NCBI GenBank assembly: GCA_963730285.1 | Contig: CAVSQY010000008.1 | Location: 57,433 to 121,432 of the forward strand | Direction of reading: 5' to 3' | Source: an uncultured Actinomycetes bacterium | GTDB taxonomy: Bacteria; Actinomycetota; Acidimicrobiia; Spongiisociales; ZC4RG35 | Length of the DNA: 64,000 nt | Shown: positions 17,967 to 27,934 of the stretch, piece by piece | How positions within the stretch are numbered: the first letter of the stretch is position 1 | How the letters are laid out: every line of letters begins with the position of its first letter | Program-made: the position numbers and the translations under genes | The notes under the pieces: generated by a model | What the model saw: the letters and a program-made list of their open reading frames with translations, nothing else | Told to the model about the DNA's origin: nothing | Databases searched by the model: none

Positions 17967-18371
17967 TCAGGGAATCGGCACGACTGCGGTGCCCACCAAC
18001 TCGACCAATGCGGCGGGGTCGAACAACTCGGCGACACCGATCAGTGCCATTGCCGGGAAGTGTTTTCCGAAGACCCGGCGATACGACTCACCGATCTCGT
18101 CGAGCCTGCTGCGATATCCGGTCACATCGGTGGTGTAGATGACGAGGGAGACGAGATCGGACGCCGACCCTCCCGCCTCCTCGATCACTCTGGCCACCGC
18201 GGCACATGCGAGCCTGAACTGGGCGACGAGGTCGGGGTCGATGGAGAGGTCGGAGCGGTGGCCTGTTTGGCCGGCGATGTGAACGATCCGCCCCTCCGCC
18301 GCCAGGACACCGTGGGAGAACCCGACCGGCGGGGGCATCCCGGAGGGGTTGATCATGCGGTGCCGGCTCAC
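17967..18371 (-). CDS. RidA family protein
   Basis: INP..PPVGFSHG, IAGQ, FGKHFPAMALIGV, LVEL; GTGA overlap with the ECH stop. Confidence 0.9.
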   Translation of the reverse strand: MSRHRMINPSGMPPPVGFSHGVLAAEGRIVHIAGQTGHRSDLSIDPDLVAQFRLACAAVARVIEEAGGSASDLVSLVIYTTDVTGYRSRLDEIGESYRRVFGKHFPAMALIGVAELFDPAALVELVGTAVVPIP

Positions 18372-19195
18372 CGTCCCGTCCATTTCGGCGGTCTCTTGCC
18401 CGTGAGGGCCGCATAGAACTCGGCATGGTCTTCGCTGGTCATGAGAAGCGCCTGAGTGAAAGCCTCGAGCTCGATGGACGACCCTAGGTCCATGTCCAGC
18501 TCGCGGCTGATGAGCAGCTTGGTCGCCCCATAGGCGAGCGCCGGGCCGGTCGCCAGCTGCGCTGCCAAGCCCGCCGCCTCTGCTTTGAGGTCCGCATCCG
18601 GCACCACCCGTGTCGCCAGTCCTATCTCGACCGCTCGCGTCGACCCAACGCTCTCCCCAAGGAGCAGCAGCTCACTGGCCCGGCCCAGACCCACCACGCG
18701 TGGCAACAAATAGGCGGAGCCCATGTCGGCGCCGGCCAGACCCACCTTTGTGAACAGGAACTGGAATGAGGCCGACTCTGCGAGGATCCGCAGATCCGAC
18801 GCCAATGCGAGGACGGCGCCGGCGCCGGCCGCCACACCGTTGACTGCCGCCACCACCGGGATCGGGATCCTTCGCAACCTCTCGACAACGGTGCCGGTCA
18901 TCCTGGTGAACTCGAGAAGAGTGCGGATGTCGGCCGCCTGGAGCTCGCCGATGATCCCGTTCACGTCGCCTCCCGAGCAAAAGCCTCTCCCCTCGCCCGT
19001 GAGGACGATGACCTTGACCTCGCCTCGATGCTCGATCTCTGTCACTAGATCACGCAGATCGGAATAGACACCGAAAGTGAGGGCATTGAGACGCTCTGGC
19101 CTGCTGAACGTGACGGTGGCAACACCACCCGCGAGGTCGAAGTCGAAGTTCTCCCAGGATTCGGTGAAAGGGGCAGACGCTCGGAAAGGGCTCAC
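18368..19195 (-). CDS. Enoyl-CoA hydratase family protein (resembles those in 2-aminobenzoate clusters)
   Basis: RPERLNALTF, FCSGGDV, AAVNGVAAGAG, FLFTKVGLAGADMG. Confidence 0.88.
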   Translation of the reverse strand: MSPFRASAPFTESWENFDFDLAGGVATVTFSRPERLNALTFGVYSDLRDLVTEIEHRGEVKVIVLTGEGRGFCSGGDVNGIIGELQAADIRTLLEFTRMTGTVVERLRRIPIPVVAAVNGVAAGAGAVLALASDLRILAESASFQFLFTKVGLAGADMGSAYLLPRVVGLGRASELLLLGESVGSTRAVEIGLATRVVPDADLKAEAAGLAAQLATGPALAYGATKLLISRELDMDLGSSIELEAFTQALLMTSEDHAEFYAALTGKRPPKWTGR

Positions 19196-19207
19196 ATGTC
19201 GAGGCTA
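19192..19207 (-). promoter_or_regulatory. Leaderless promoter/start motif TAGCCTCGACATGTGA (copy 2)
   Basis: -10 TAGCCT + 6 nt + GTG start; 15/16 identical to 8247-8262. Confidence 0.55.
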
Positions 19208-19276
19208 ACCCGTGAAGGCCCGGGGAGAGGCTGCTGACTTGGCCCGGCTGTCCTGAGGAAGCGGTATGTTCCACCC

Positions 19277-20386
19277 ATGACGTTGCCCGCCGCCACCGTG
19301 GAGGAATGCGAGCGGCTAGCACACGCCCTCACGCCCATCGCATCCAACGGGAAGCCGGGCCGGGTCAACCGAGAGCTGGTTGCCGCCATCGCCGGTCATG
19401 GGTTGTTCGATCGCCTCTTTGCCCAGGATGGGATCACCGCCACCGACCTCTGTGCCATCCGCCAGGGCCTGGCCCGGGTCTCGACCGAGACAGAGACTGC
19501 TTTCGCGGTGCAGGGCCTCGGCGCCATCCCCATCCACCTCAACGGTGGCGCTTCATTGATCGATCGCGTGATGCCGGGGATCCGGTCGGGCGAGCTGGTG
19601 GCCGGTTTCGCCTTGACCGAGCCTGGTGCGGGATCTGATGCGGCGGCGTTGTCAACCGTGGCCGAGCGAGACGGAGACGGGTTCAGGATCACAGGCGAGA
19701 AGGCGTACATCTCGAACGCCCCCGATGCGGACGTTTACACGCTCTTCGCCCGAACCACCCCCGCGGCCGGCTCACGGGGGGTGACCGCCTTCGTGGTCAC
19801 AAGCGACCTCGACGGGCTCGGCGGCGAGGTGATAGAGATGATCTCCCCTCACCCCCTCGGGCGTCTCGAGCTCGACCACGTCTTTGTGCCGTCAGAGAAC
19901 GTCCTCGGGGAAGTTGACCATGGGTTCCGGGTGGCGATGCAGACCCTGGATTTGTTTCGCCCCTCGGTCGGGGCCTTCGCGGTCGGTATGGCCGAAGAGG
20001 CGCTGAGGATTGCCGTCAGCCACGCCCGGACTCGGACCGCCTTTGGCTCCCTTCTCGTCGACTTCCAGGGCATCTCCCACCAACTCGCCGATGTCCGGAC
20101 CGAAATCGGCGCAGCGGAGCTCTTGGTCTACTCGGCTGCGGCCGCCCATGACGCAGGGGACTTCGAGACCCTCACCGGCAAGGCGGCGATGGCCAAGCTC
20201 TTTGCCACCGAGGCCGCGCAAAGAGCAGTGGACACCGCCATACAGGTGCTCGGGGCTCGTGGTCTCGAGGACGACTCGGCCCTGTCCCACCTCTACAAAG
20301 AGGTCCGGGCTCCCCGCATCTACGAGGGAACCTCAGAGATCCAGCGGAATATCATCGCCCGTGAGCTATTCGACGAGCGGATCTGA
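19277..20386 (+). CDS. Acyl-CoA dehydrogenase
   Basis: AFAVQGLG, FALTEPGAGSD, GEKAYISN, RAPRIYEGTSEIQR. Confidence 0.93.
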   Translation: MTLPAATVEECERLAHALTPIASNGKPGRVNRELVAAIAGHGLFDRLFAQDGITATDLCAIRQGLARVSTETETAFAVQGLGAIPIHLNGGASLIDRVMPGIRSGELVAGFALTEPGAGSDAAALSTVAERDGDGFRITGEKAYISNAPDADVYTLFARTTPAAGSRGVTAFVVTSDLDGLGGEVIEMISPHPLGRLELDHVFVPSENVLGEVDHGFRVAMQTLDLFRPSVGAFAVGMAEEALRIAVSHARTRTAFGSLLVDFQGISHQLADVRTEIGAAELLVYSAAAAHDAGDFETLTGKAAMAKLFATEAAQRAVDTAIQVLGARGLEDDSALSHLYKEVRAPRIYEGTSEIQRNIIARELFDERI

Positions 20387-20412
20387 GCCTCCACTCTTCC
20401 CCGAGGTGAGAG

Positions 20413-20814
20413 TCAAGCGCTCGAGAGGGGCCTCGCCCTGACCATGATGCAGGCGTCTGCCAGCCAGGTGAAAGGCCCGGCATCCAGCCGCTCCAACAAT
20501 TGACGTGACTCGGCACCGGGTTGGACCCAGATGTTCTCGATCCCGGAGTCCTCGCACTCTGCCAGCACTCTCAGGCCGTGATTCGCTGGGACCACCAGAT
20601 CGACGATCGTTGGGGTCTCCGGGAGATCGCCTACTTTCGCCCAGCAGGGGTCGCCGTCAACCGTCTCACGGCCGGGATTCACCGCAAATACCTTGTAGCC
20701 CTTCCGCTTCAGGTCGCGATAGATGATTCCGCCGTACTTACCGGGCGTGTCGGTTGCCCCGATCACTGCAACGGAAGCGCCCGGCCCGGCGAGGAGTGGG
20801 GTTAGGTCGGTCAT
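20413..20814 (-). CDS. CoA-binding protein (YccU-like)
   Basis: VAVIGATD..KYG, VFAVNP, IWVQPGAE, C-terminal CIMV. Confidence 0.88.
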   Translation of the reverse strand: MTDLTPLLAGPGASVAVIGATDTPGKYGGIIYRDLKRKGYKVFAVNPGRETVDGDPCWAKVGDLPETPTIVDLVVPANHGLRVLAECEDSGIENIWVQPGAESRQLLERLDAGPFTWLADACIMVRARPLSSA

Positions 20815-20879
20815 ACGGTTCCTGCAACGTTATCGATGGTGTCCGGCTTCCCGATAATCGACTCGGTACCGTGACGCCT

Positions 20880-22388
20880 GTGACCGACATCATGATCGAC
20901 GGTGGGCCTTTGACCACGGACCAGGTGGTCGACGTGGCCAAGGGGCGGGCCAGGGCGGTGGCATCCGATGATTTGCCGAGGAGGATGGGGCCGGCTCGCG
21001 AGATAGTGGAGCGGACCTTGGAAGCAGGAGAGATCGTCTACGGCATCACCACCGGATTTGGCGCTCTGTCTTCCACCCACATCGGCAAGGACCAAGCCGA
21101 GGCTCTCCAATACAACCTCATCCGATCACACGCCTCTGGGGTGGGAAAGCCATTGCCCGATGAGCTGGTGAGAGCGATCCTGCTGTTGAGGGCCCGCACC
21201 CTTTCACAGGGGCACTCGGGGGTCAGGCCGGTGATCGTGCGTCGTCTTCTGGAGATGATCGACCGGGGCATTCTCCCGGTTATCCCCTCCCAGGGCTCCG
21301 TGGGCGCCTCGGGTGACCTGGCACCATTTGCCCACATGGCTCTTGCTCTCATAGGCGAAGGCCCGGTGAGAGTCGGCGGGAGGGTGATGTCTGCCTCCGA
21401 GTCAGGGTTGGAGCCACTGGCCCTTCTCACCAAGGAGGGCCTGTCGCTGCTCAACGGCACCGAGGGTATGACGGCGATGGGGGCGCTGGCCCTTCATCAA
21501 GCGAGAAGCCTGTTGGTGGCGGCCGACGTGGCTTGTGCATTGACGGTCGAAGCGATGATGGGCAGCTCCCGGCCATTTCGGCATGACATCCACGAGCTCA
21601 GACCACACCCCGGTCAGCTGGCCTCGGCACGCCGCATCAGCGAGCTCATCGAGGGAAGCCCCATTGGGGCGAGTCACGCCGACGACTTCGACCATGCCGT
21701 TCAGGACGCCTACTCCCTGCGGTGCGCACCACAAGTCCACGGCGCAGTTGGCGACACACTCGACCACATGGAGAGCGTCCTCAACCGTGAGCTTGGGTCG
21801 GTGGTGGACAACCCGATCGTTTTTCCTGAGACCGGCGAGGTGGTATCCGGAGGCAATTTCCATGGCCAGCCCCTGGCCTTCGTCCTCGACTTCGCAGCAA
21901 TAGCCGTGTCTGAATTGGGGTCGATTGCCGAGCGTCGCACAGACAGGCTCCTGGATCCCGCCCGGTCCCGGGGCCTCCCCGCCTTCCTGGCACACAACCC
22001 GGGTGTGGAGTCCGGTTACATGATCCCCCAATACGTGCAGGCAGCATTGGTGGCAGAGAACAAGATCCTCTCCCATCCGGCATCGGTCGACACGATCCCC
22101 ACCTCCGGAAACCAGGAAGATCACGTGTCCATGGGTTGGGGTGCGGGGCGAAAGCTCTTCACTGTGTTGGAGAACGCACGTCGGGTGATCGCCATCGAGC
22201 TGATTTGTGCCACCCAGGGAATCGAGTTTCGCTCGCCACTACAGCCGGCTCCCGGCACTGCGGCGGTGGTCCGGCGCATCAGAGAGATAGTGCCGTCACT
22301 CGATCGAGACCGCTCAGCCACCGACGAAATCGAGGCGGTGGCCTCGTTTATCGACCAAGAGGGCTTAGACGAGTTCTTAGATAGATGA
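20880..22388 (+). CDS. hutH: Histidine ammonia-lyase (start approximate)
   Basis: YGITTGFG, NLIRSHA, MIO motif GASGDLAP, QDAYSLRC, QEDHVSMG. Confidence 0.93.
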   Translation: MTDIMIDGGPLTTDQVVDVAKGRARAVASDDLPRRMGPAREIVERTLEAGEIVYGITTGFGALSSTHIGKDQAEALQYNLIRSHASGVGKPLPDELVRAILLLRARTLSQGHSGVRPVIVRRLLEMIDRGILPVIPSQGSVGASGDLAPFAHMALALIGEGPVRVGGRVMSASESGLEPLALLTKEGLSLLNGTEGMTAMGALALHQARSLLVAADVACALTVEAMMGSSRPFRHDIHELRPHPGQLASARRISELIEGSPIGASHADDFDHAVQDAYSLRCAPQVHGAVGDTLDHMESVLNRELGSVVDNPIVFPETGEVVSGGNFHGQPLAFVLDFAAIAVSELGSIAERRTDRLLDPARSRGLPAFLAHNPGVESGYMIPQYVQAALVAENKILSHPASVDTIPTSGNQEDHVSMGWGAGRKLFTVLENARRVIAIELICATQGIEFRSPLQPAPGTAAVVRRIREIVPSLDRDRSATDEIEAVASFIDQEGLDEFLDR

Positions 22389-23578
22389 CTGCCCTGCTCC
22401 TCACTGGGATCGGTCATCTCACCACCAACGTCGGCGAGCCGATCAGAGACGCACAGGTCAAGATAGAGGGGGGATCGATCATCGAGGTGGAGCCTCGATC
22501 GGTTGTTGCCGTGGAGGACGACGTCCAGGTCATCGATTGCGAGGGACGAGCAGTCATGCCAGGTTTCGTCGACTCACACACCCATCTGGTGTTCGCCGGA
22601 GACCGATCCGAGGAGTTCGCTCGCCGGCTCGCCGGTGTCCCGTACCAGGACATCGCCGCACGGGGAGGCGGGATCCTGGCCACGGTCTTGGATACCCGGG
22701 CAGCATCAGCCGAAGAGTTGTTCGAGTTGGCTTCGCAGAGGGTGCTTCGAATGATCCGCGGTGGTAGCACAACCATCGAGATCAAGTCGGGGTATGGCCT
22801 GGATCTCGAGAGCGAGTTGAAGTTGCTGCGGGTGGCGAAACGGATCTCCGAGGAGCTTCCAATCACCGTGAAGACGACCTTTCTCGGCGCTCATGCCATC
22901 CCACCCGAGTATCAGGATCGCAGGGATCGATATGTGGACATGGTGATCGCCGACATGATCCCGGCGGTTCAGGGTCTGGCCGACTATTGCGATGTCTTCG
23001 TCGAAGACGGAGCCTTCAACGTCGATGAAGCAGAGCGGATACTCCTGGCGGGCCGAGAGCACGGATTGACACCCCGGATCCACGCCGAGCAGCTCTCACA
23101 CGCCGGAGGAGCCTTGCTCGCCGCGCGATTGGGAGCGGCCAGCGCCGATCACCTCGATCACGTCACCCAGGCCGATGCCGACGCCCTCGCCTCGGCCGGT
23201 GTGGTTGCGGGCCTGGTCCCAGGCGCCTCGTACTCCCTGGGCCTACCCCAGGCACCTGCCAGGATGCTCCTCGATCGTGGCGTGACGGTTTCGCTCGCCA
23301 CGGACTGCAACCCGGGCACGTCCTACTTCGAGTCGATGAGCCTCGTGCTCTCCATGGCAGTCGTCCAGATGGGCCTCACGGTCGCAGAAGCGGTGTTTGC
23401 CGCCACCAGGGGTGGGGCCATGTCGCTGGGTCTGACCGAGCATGGGTTGGTTGCCCCTGGTGCGGCCGCCGACCTGATCGTCCTCGATTCGCCGAATCCG
23501 ACGCACATCGCCTATCGACCCGCGACCAACCTGATTTGGAAGACGATAAGGGCCGGGGTCGTAGGCGAGACCCACTAG
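22385..23578 (+). CDS. hutI: Imidazolonepropionase
   Basis: PGFVDSHTHLVF, EIKSGYGL, FLGAH, IHAEQL, LATDCNPG; coupled to hutH. Confidence 0.94.
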   Translation: MTALLLTGIGHLTTNVGEPIRDAQVKIEGGSIIEVEPRSVVAVEDDVQVIDCEGRAVMPGFVDSHTHLVFAGDRSEEFARRLAGVPYQDIAARGGGILATVLDTRAASAEELFELASQRVLRMIRGGSTTIEIKSGYGLDLESELKLLRVAKRISEELPITVKTTFLGAHAIPPEYQDRRDRYVDMVIADMIPAVQGLADYCDVFVEDGAFNVDEAERILLAGREHGLTPRIHAEQLSHAGGALLAARLGAASADHLDHVTQADADALASAGVVAGLVPGASYSLGLPQAPARMLLDRGVTVSLATDCNPGTSYFESMSLVLSMAVVQMGLTVAEAVFAATRGGAMSLGLTEHGLVAPGAAADLIVLDSPNPTHIAYRPATNLIWKTIRAGVVGETH

Positions 23579-23588
23579 CTTCAGCCGA

Positions 23589-24647
23589 GTGAGCAGCCTG
23601 GACCGGGCAAAGATCGAAGCATTCCTCGGGCATTTCGTGGAGATGGCGTCGGGTGCAACCACCATCGGGCTGCTAGCCGTCGCCGATCGGAGCGGTCTGG
23701 CGAGATACCTGAGCGGGCATGGGCCCGGGACTGCCGAGGAGATCGCAGCGGCCGCCGGGCTAGACGACCGTTACGTTCGTGAGATCCTGTCGGGCCTGGC
23801 CGCAGCGGGCGTCGTGGACTTCGACCCCGAAACCGCGCGATTCCATCTCCCCCCCGAGCACGCCCTCTTCATCGCGGACGAAGCCAGTCCCTATTTCATG
23901 GGTGGCTTTCTCGACATGATCCCGAGCGGGCTCGGCCATCTCGAGGGTGTCACCGAAGCCACCCGTCACGGCGGTGGGGTGAGTTTCGAGGAGTTCGGTG
24001 GCCGGATGGTGACAGGGATCGAGAGATCGAACGCCCCCTCTCAGACTGTGTTCCTCACGTCACGGTGGCTGCCGGCGGTCCCGGGCTTGGTGGACCGCCT
24101 TCATGCAGGGATCCGGGTCGCCGACGTTGGCTGTGGCTCGGGGACCGCGGCAAGGATCATGGCCGAAGCTTTTCCCGCCAGCCAGGTCATCGGCTACGAC
24201 TCCTCAGAGGGATCTATCGATCTGGCAAGGGAGCGTGTGGGCGGCCTGGCCAATCTCTCATATGAATGCGCCCGGGCGGAGAGCTTGCCCGAAACTGAGC
24301 GCTTCGGCCTCATAACGACATTCGACGTGATCCACGATCTCGTGAAGCCACTAGCCACCCTGATACGGATCCGCGAGGCATTGACCGACGACGGTGTCTA
24401 CCTGATGATGGAGCCCAACCTCTCCTCGAACCTCGAGGACAACTTGAGCCCGCATGGCGCACTGATGTATGGCGTGAGCACCCTCCACTGCATGACCCAG
24501 TCCCTGGCACAAGGCGGGGCCGGGCTCGGAGCTGCCTGGGGCCGCCAGGGTGCTGCCCGGATGGCCGCCCAAGCAGGATTCGGCTCATTCGAGGAGTTGG
24601 ACCAGATCAGCAACCGATTCTCGGCGTTCTACCAGCTCAGAGCCTGA
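23589..24647 (+). CDS. Class I SAM methyltransferase with N-terminal winged helix (Rv2258c-like)
   Basis: RYVREIL, VADVGCGSG, FDVIHDL, YGVSTLHCM. Confidence 0.85.
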   Translation: MSSLDRAKIEAFLGHFVEMASGATTIGLLAVADRSGLARYLSGHGPGTAEEIAAAAGLDDRYVREILSGLAAAGVVDFDPETARFHLPPEHALFIADEASPYFMGGFLDMIPSGLGHLEGVTEATRHGGGVSFEEFGGRMVTGIERSNAPSQTVFLTSRWLPAVPGLVDRLHAGIRVADVGCGSGTAARIMAEAFPASQVIGYDSSEGSIDLARERVGGLANLSYECARAESLPETERFGLITTFDVIHDLVKPLATLIRIREALTDDGVYLMMEPNLSSNLEDNLSPHGALMYGVSTLHCMTQSLAQGGAGLGAAWGRQGAARMAAQAGFGSFEELDQISNRFSAFYQLRA

Positions 24648-25488
24648 CCCCGACCGCCGAGATTCGACGCAGCCAATGTGGAAGCGCGTCGCCGAGGCCG
24701 CCGACTCCGCCTGATCCCGGGCATGCGGCGATCTCACTGACCTGTGACGCATGGGGCCCGAAGAGGGTGGGGTCGATCTCGAGAGGCACACCGCACTGGA
24801 TGAGGTCCACCCCGACCCAGACGAATTCCCAAGGCTCGGGATTCGGGCCCTGCTCGGAGACGCCGTCGGGATAGCTCGGTATGAAGCCGAACCTCTTCGC
24901 GTTGTAGAAGTTGTCCGCCGCCAGCCATGCGTAGTCCGGCGTATCACGGAATTCGGCGAAGGTGCCATCTCGATAACGAAAGTCGAGGGCATACCCACTG
25001 TGGTGTTTCGATGTCCCCGGAATCGAGTACCAGGTGAGGGCGGCGTCAATGGCCTCGTCACTCGTCCCCTGAAGCTTTGACAGGAACTGGCTCCTCTGGC
25101 TCTTCGGCGAGCGGTAAGCAGATGAGACGATGAAACCAAGACCGCTGGCGCGAGCGTCAGCCTTCAGCTGACGCCAGGCATCGGCCGCCTGAGGTTGCAT
25201 GGGCACTCCGTCGGCAGATGCGAGGTCTCCCAAGGCCACCGGTCGCAGGACGTACCCGCGCTCGGAAGCGATCTTCCAAATCCGATCGTCGAGGGTCTCG
25301 TCACCGGTCACCTCGGGGCGGCCTTGTGGAGACTCGAGGTTCGGAAGCACGTGAGCGACGGCGTGCTCATAGAGCTCTTTGAAGCCCTCACCCGTGTAGG
25401 TGGGGAAGTCCTCAGGTGCGGCAACCGCCTGCAGCGGTGAGGCAACGAGCGCCACGACCATGACAACGAGCGGTGCCAGCCGTCTCAT
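24637..25488 (-). CDS. Secreted M15B D,D-carboxypeptidase (VanY-like)
   Basis: Signal peptide, SAYRS..Q, PGTSKHHSGYALD, EPWEF. Confidence 0.85.
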   Translation of the reverse strand: MRRLAPLVVMVVALVASPLQAVAAPEDFPTYTGEGFKELYEHAVAHVLPNLESPQGRPEVTGDETLDDRIWKIASERGYVLRPVALGDLASADGVPMQPQAADAWRQLKADARASGLGFIVSSAYRSPKSQRSQFLSKLQGTSDEAIDAALTWYSIPGTSKHHSGYALDFRYRDGTFAEFRDTPDYAWLAADNFYNAKRFGFIPSYPDGVSEQGPNPEPWEFVWVGVDLIQCGVPLEIDPTLFGPHASQVSEIAACPGSGGVGGLGDALPHWLRRISAVGVRL

Positions 25489-25530
25489 GCGTGGCGACGG
25501 TAGACCACACGGCACCCCTAAACCGGTGAC

Positions 25531-27384
25531 CTACCAGGCGCCGCCGCCCCCACCGCCGCCGCCACCACCACCACCACCGGAGAAGCCCCCACCGCCGCCA
25601 CTCGAGGACGGCGGGCTGAACGCGCCGGCCAGGGCGGAGTTGAGCCCGGCAAACGCATTTTCGGTATGACCGCCCGAGTAGCCGTAGGTACCGAACCAAT
25701 AGATGGACGAGTTCGTCTCCAGGTCGGGTGGCGCGTGGAGACGTGCTTGTTGCAGGACCTCCTCCGCCACCCCAAACACGATGGCGTAGATCAGGAAGCG
25801 GTCCCACAACTCGAGCGAGATCGGTGGCGCTTCCTCGAGACGGGAGAAGTCGGCCAGATAGCGTTTGAACGCATCCCAGCGCGCCGCCTCCAGCGCACCC
25901 TCTTTGGATCTCCTGACTCTCACCCGCCGGAACGCAAGGAAGACGAAGAGAACAACCGCACCAACCACCATCCCGACGATCACGAAAACGGCGATGGTTT
26001 GACCGGCTGGCCGTCGCGAAAGCACCTTGGGAAGCAGGAAGAACGACCCGAAAATCAGGGCCGCGACTGCGATCGCGGCGAAGACAGCAACTCCATTGCC
26101 GGAAATGTCGAGCATCCCTGCCCTCTTGATCGCATTGACGACCCGGCTGCGAAAAGACTGATAGGTCTCGGCGTTGGATGCGGCGTCGTCCCTGATGGCC
26201 TGTCTGAACTCATGCAGCGGCCGAGGCCCGAGCTCGAGGGCCCGTCTCACCACTGTCATCACCGATTGCTCGAAGTCTCTGAGGCCCGTCTCCTTGTCGG
26301 TGAGGCCAAGGACGAGGTCGGTGATCGTCTCGGTCTTCAAACCGCCCCAGGTGCTCTTCTGCACCTGTGACGGGGTGGCGGAGATCGCTCCCTGGCGGAT
26401 CAGGTCGAAGAGAGTGGCCGTGAACTCCTTTTCCGTCACACCTCCCTGAGTGAGAAGGGCTCCTACCTCCGCAGGGCTGAGATCGGATGGCGGCTCCTGC
26501 TCGTACTCGCGGTCATAGGCCACCCTGGGCTCACGGCCATAGCCGAAATAGACGAGCGCGCCTAGCCCTATGGCAATCGCTATGGCGAGACCCGACCCCC
26601 AGGCCAACCCGGTGCGCCACGCGTTGGCCGCGTCGGTGTCCTCCTGGGCAAACCGCTGCTCCTCATCGAGGATGCCGGGCAGGCCATCGCCTGCAACCGT
26701 GGTGGCGCCGTCCGTCGATGTGAGAGAGTCGGCGGGAAGCACGACCCTCATCTCGACCCACTGATTGGCCGGGATGCCGGTGGCGGTCAGCGTCGGAGCC
26801 ACATCACCAGCTCCGAGATCGGTGACACCATTGACACCACCAGGATGACCCCAAACTCTGACGTCCCCCACTTGGGGCGCACCGGGAAGATCCATGCTCG
26901 CCTGGAGACGATCGAGACCCACGGACCACTCATCCCCCCAAACCCGGAGATTCACATCGACCACGTCGTCGTAGGCGATGGCGAGCCCGGTCATGTGATA
27001 GGAGATGTGGAATGTGCGCAGCTCGTTGGACGATTGGTGATGCCAGACGATGCGGACGAACCCCGGGTTCTGCTCGACGCCATAGGTCCCCGGCGGCGAA
27101 GTACAGCCAAGCGAGGTGCAACCACCCAACTGGTACTCGACGGACTCGTCACGAACCTGGACCGACCCGATGGTCACGCCCGCCCGGAGCGGGATATCCC
27201 GATAGGCCCCCGAGAATTGGCCCGAGAAGTCGAACGTGAGGGCCTCGTCGACGTCGAGGGAGCCGTCTCCATTGACCACGACCGTCACATTTGCGTCGCT
27301 CATCCAAAACGACTTGGCCAATACCGCCGTGGCTGGTCCCAGCACCAGGACCAGGACGACCAGGGCCTGAGTTATGCGTCGCAA
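25531..27384 (-). CDS. DUF2207 family membrane protein
   Basis: Signal peptide, DGSLDVDE, ATLFDLIRQG, WDRFLIYAIVFGV, Gly-rich tail ending GGGAW; downstream of LemA. Confidence 0.88.
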   Translation of the reverse strand: MRRITQALVVLVLVLGPATAVLAKSFWMSDANVTVVVNGDGSLDVDEALTFDFSGQFSGAYRDIPLRAGVTIGSVQVRDESVEYQLGGCTSLGCTSPPGTYGVEQNPGFVRIVWHHQSSNELRTFHISYHMTGLAIAYDDVVDVNLRVWGDEWSVGLDRLQASMDLPGAPQVGDVRVWGHPGGVNGVTDLGAGDVAPTLTATGIPANQWVEMRVVLPADSLTSTDGATTVAGDGLPGILDEEQRFAQEDTDAANAWRTGLAWGSGLAIAIAIGLGALVYFGYGREPRVAYDREYEQEPPSDLSPAEVGALLTQGGVTEKEFTATLFDLIRQGAISATPSQVQKSTWGGLKTETITDLVLGLTDKETGLRDFEQSVMTVVRRALELGPRPLHEFRQAIRDDAASNAETYQSFRSRVVNAIKRAGMLDISGNGVAVFAAIAVAALIFGSFFLLPKVLSRRPAGQTIAVFVIVGMVVGAVVLFVFLAFRRVRVRRSKEGALEAARWDAFKRYLADFSRLEEAPPISLELWDRFLIYAIVFGVAEEVLQQARLHAPPDLETNSSIYWFGTYGYSGGHTENAFAGLNSALAGAFSPPSSSGGGGGFSGGGGGGGGGGGGGAW

Positions 27385-27385
27385 C

Positions 27386-27934
27386 TCAGAATTCGACGGC
27401 CGGGGCCTCTGCGGCTTCGGGCCCGGCTTCGAAGAATTCCCTGGTCTTGAAGCCGGTCATGGCGGCAACGACGTTGGTCGGGATCTGCTGGACCTTGTTG
27501 TTGTAAGTGAGGACCGTGTCGTTGTAGATCTGACGCGAAACCGCGATCTTGTTCTCGGTCTCTGAGAGCTGGTTTTGCAGATTCTGGAAGTTCTCCGTCG
27601 CCCTCAGCTCCGGATATGCCTCGGCAACGGCAAAGAGCTGTCTCAGGGCCTGGGTGAGGAATCCCTCCGCCTGAGCCTGCTCGGCAGGGCCTGTCGCCGA
27701 CTGGGCTGCACTCCTCGCCTGGGTGACGCGCTCGAAGGTCTCGCGCTCATGCGACGCATAGCCCTTGACCGTCTCGACCAGATTTGGAATCAGGTCGTAG
27801 CGGCGTTTCAGCTGCACGTCCACTTGCGCCCACGCGTTGTCGACACGATTGCGTGACTGGATGAGGCCGTTGTATATGACGACGAAGAAAAGAACCAAGA
27901 CCGCTATGACGGCCAGGACGATTACCCATTGCAT
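27386..27934 (-). CDS. lemA: LemA family protein
   Basis: YNGL..RN.VDNAW..VDVQLKRRYDLIPNLVETVKGYA.HE, EAYPELRA. Confidence 0.95.
   Translation of the reverse strand: MQWVIVLAVIAVLVLFFVVIYNGLIQSRNRVDNAWAQVDVQLKRRYDLIPNLVETVKGYASHERETFERVTQARSAAQSATGPAEQAQAEGFLTQALRQLFAVAEAYPELRATENFQNLQNQLSETENKIAVSRQIYNDTVLTYNNKVQQIPTNVVAAMTGFKTREFFEAGPEAAEAPAVEF

Noticed and set aside
20850-20857. CCCGATAA upstream of hutH as another sigma28 promoter
   Set aside because: Mismatch in the -10 and no convincing -35 at 15-16 nt.
24637-25488. VanY-like peptidase (and the serine hydrolase at 54733-55794) as resistance genes
   Set aside because: No van cluster or class-defining beta-lactamase context; both families are common housekeeping hydrolases.
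25535-25600. CCG/CCA trinucleotide run and poly-Pro ORF on the plus strand
   Set aside because: It is the antisense of the Gly-rich DUF2207 tail, not a separate repeat or gene.
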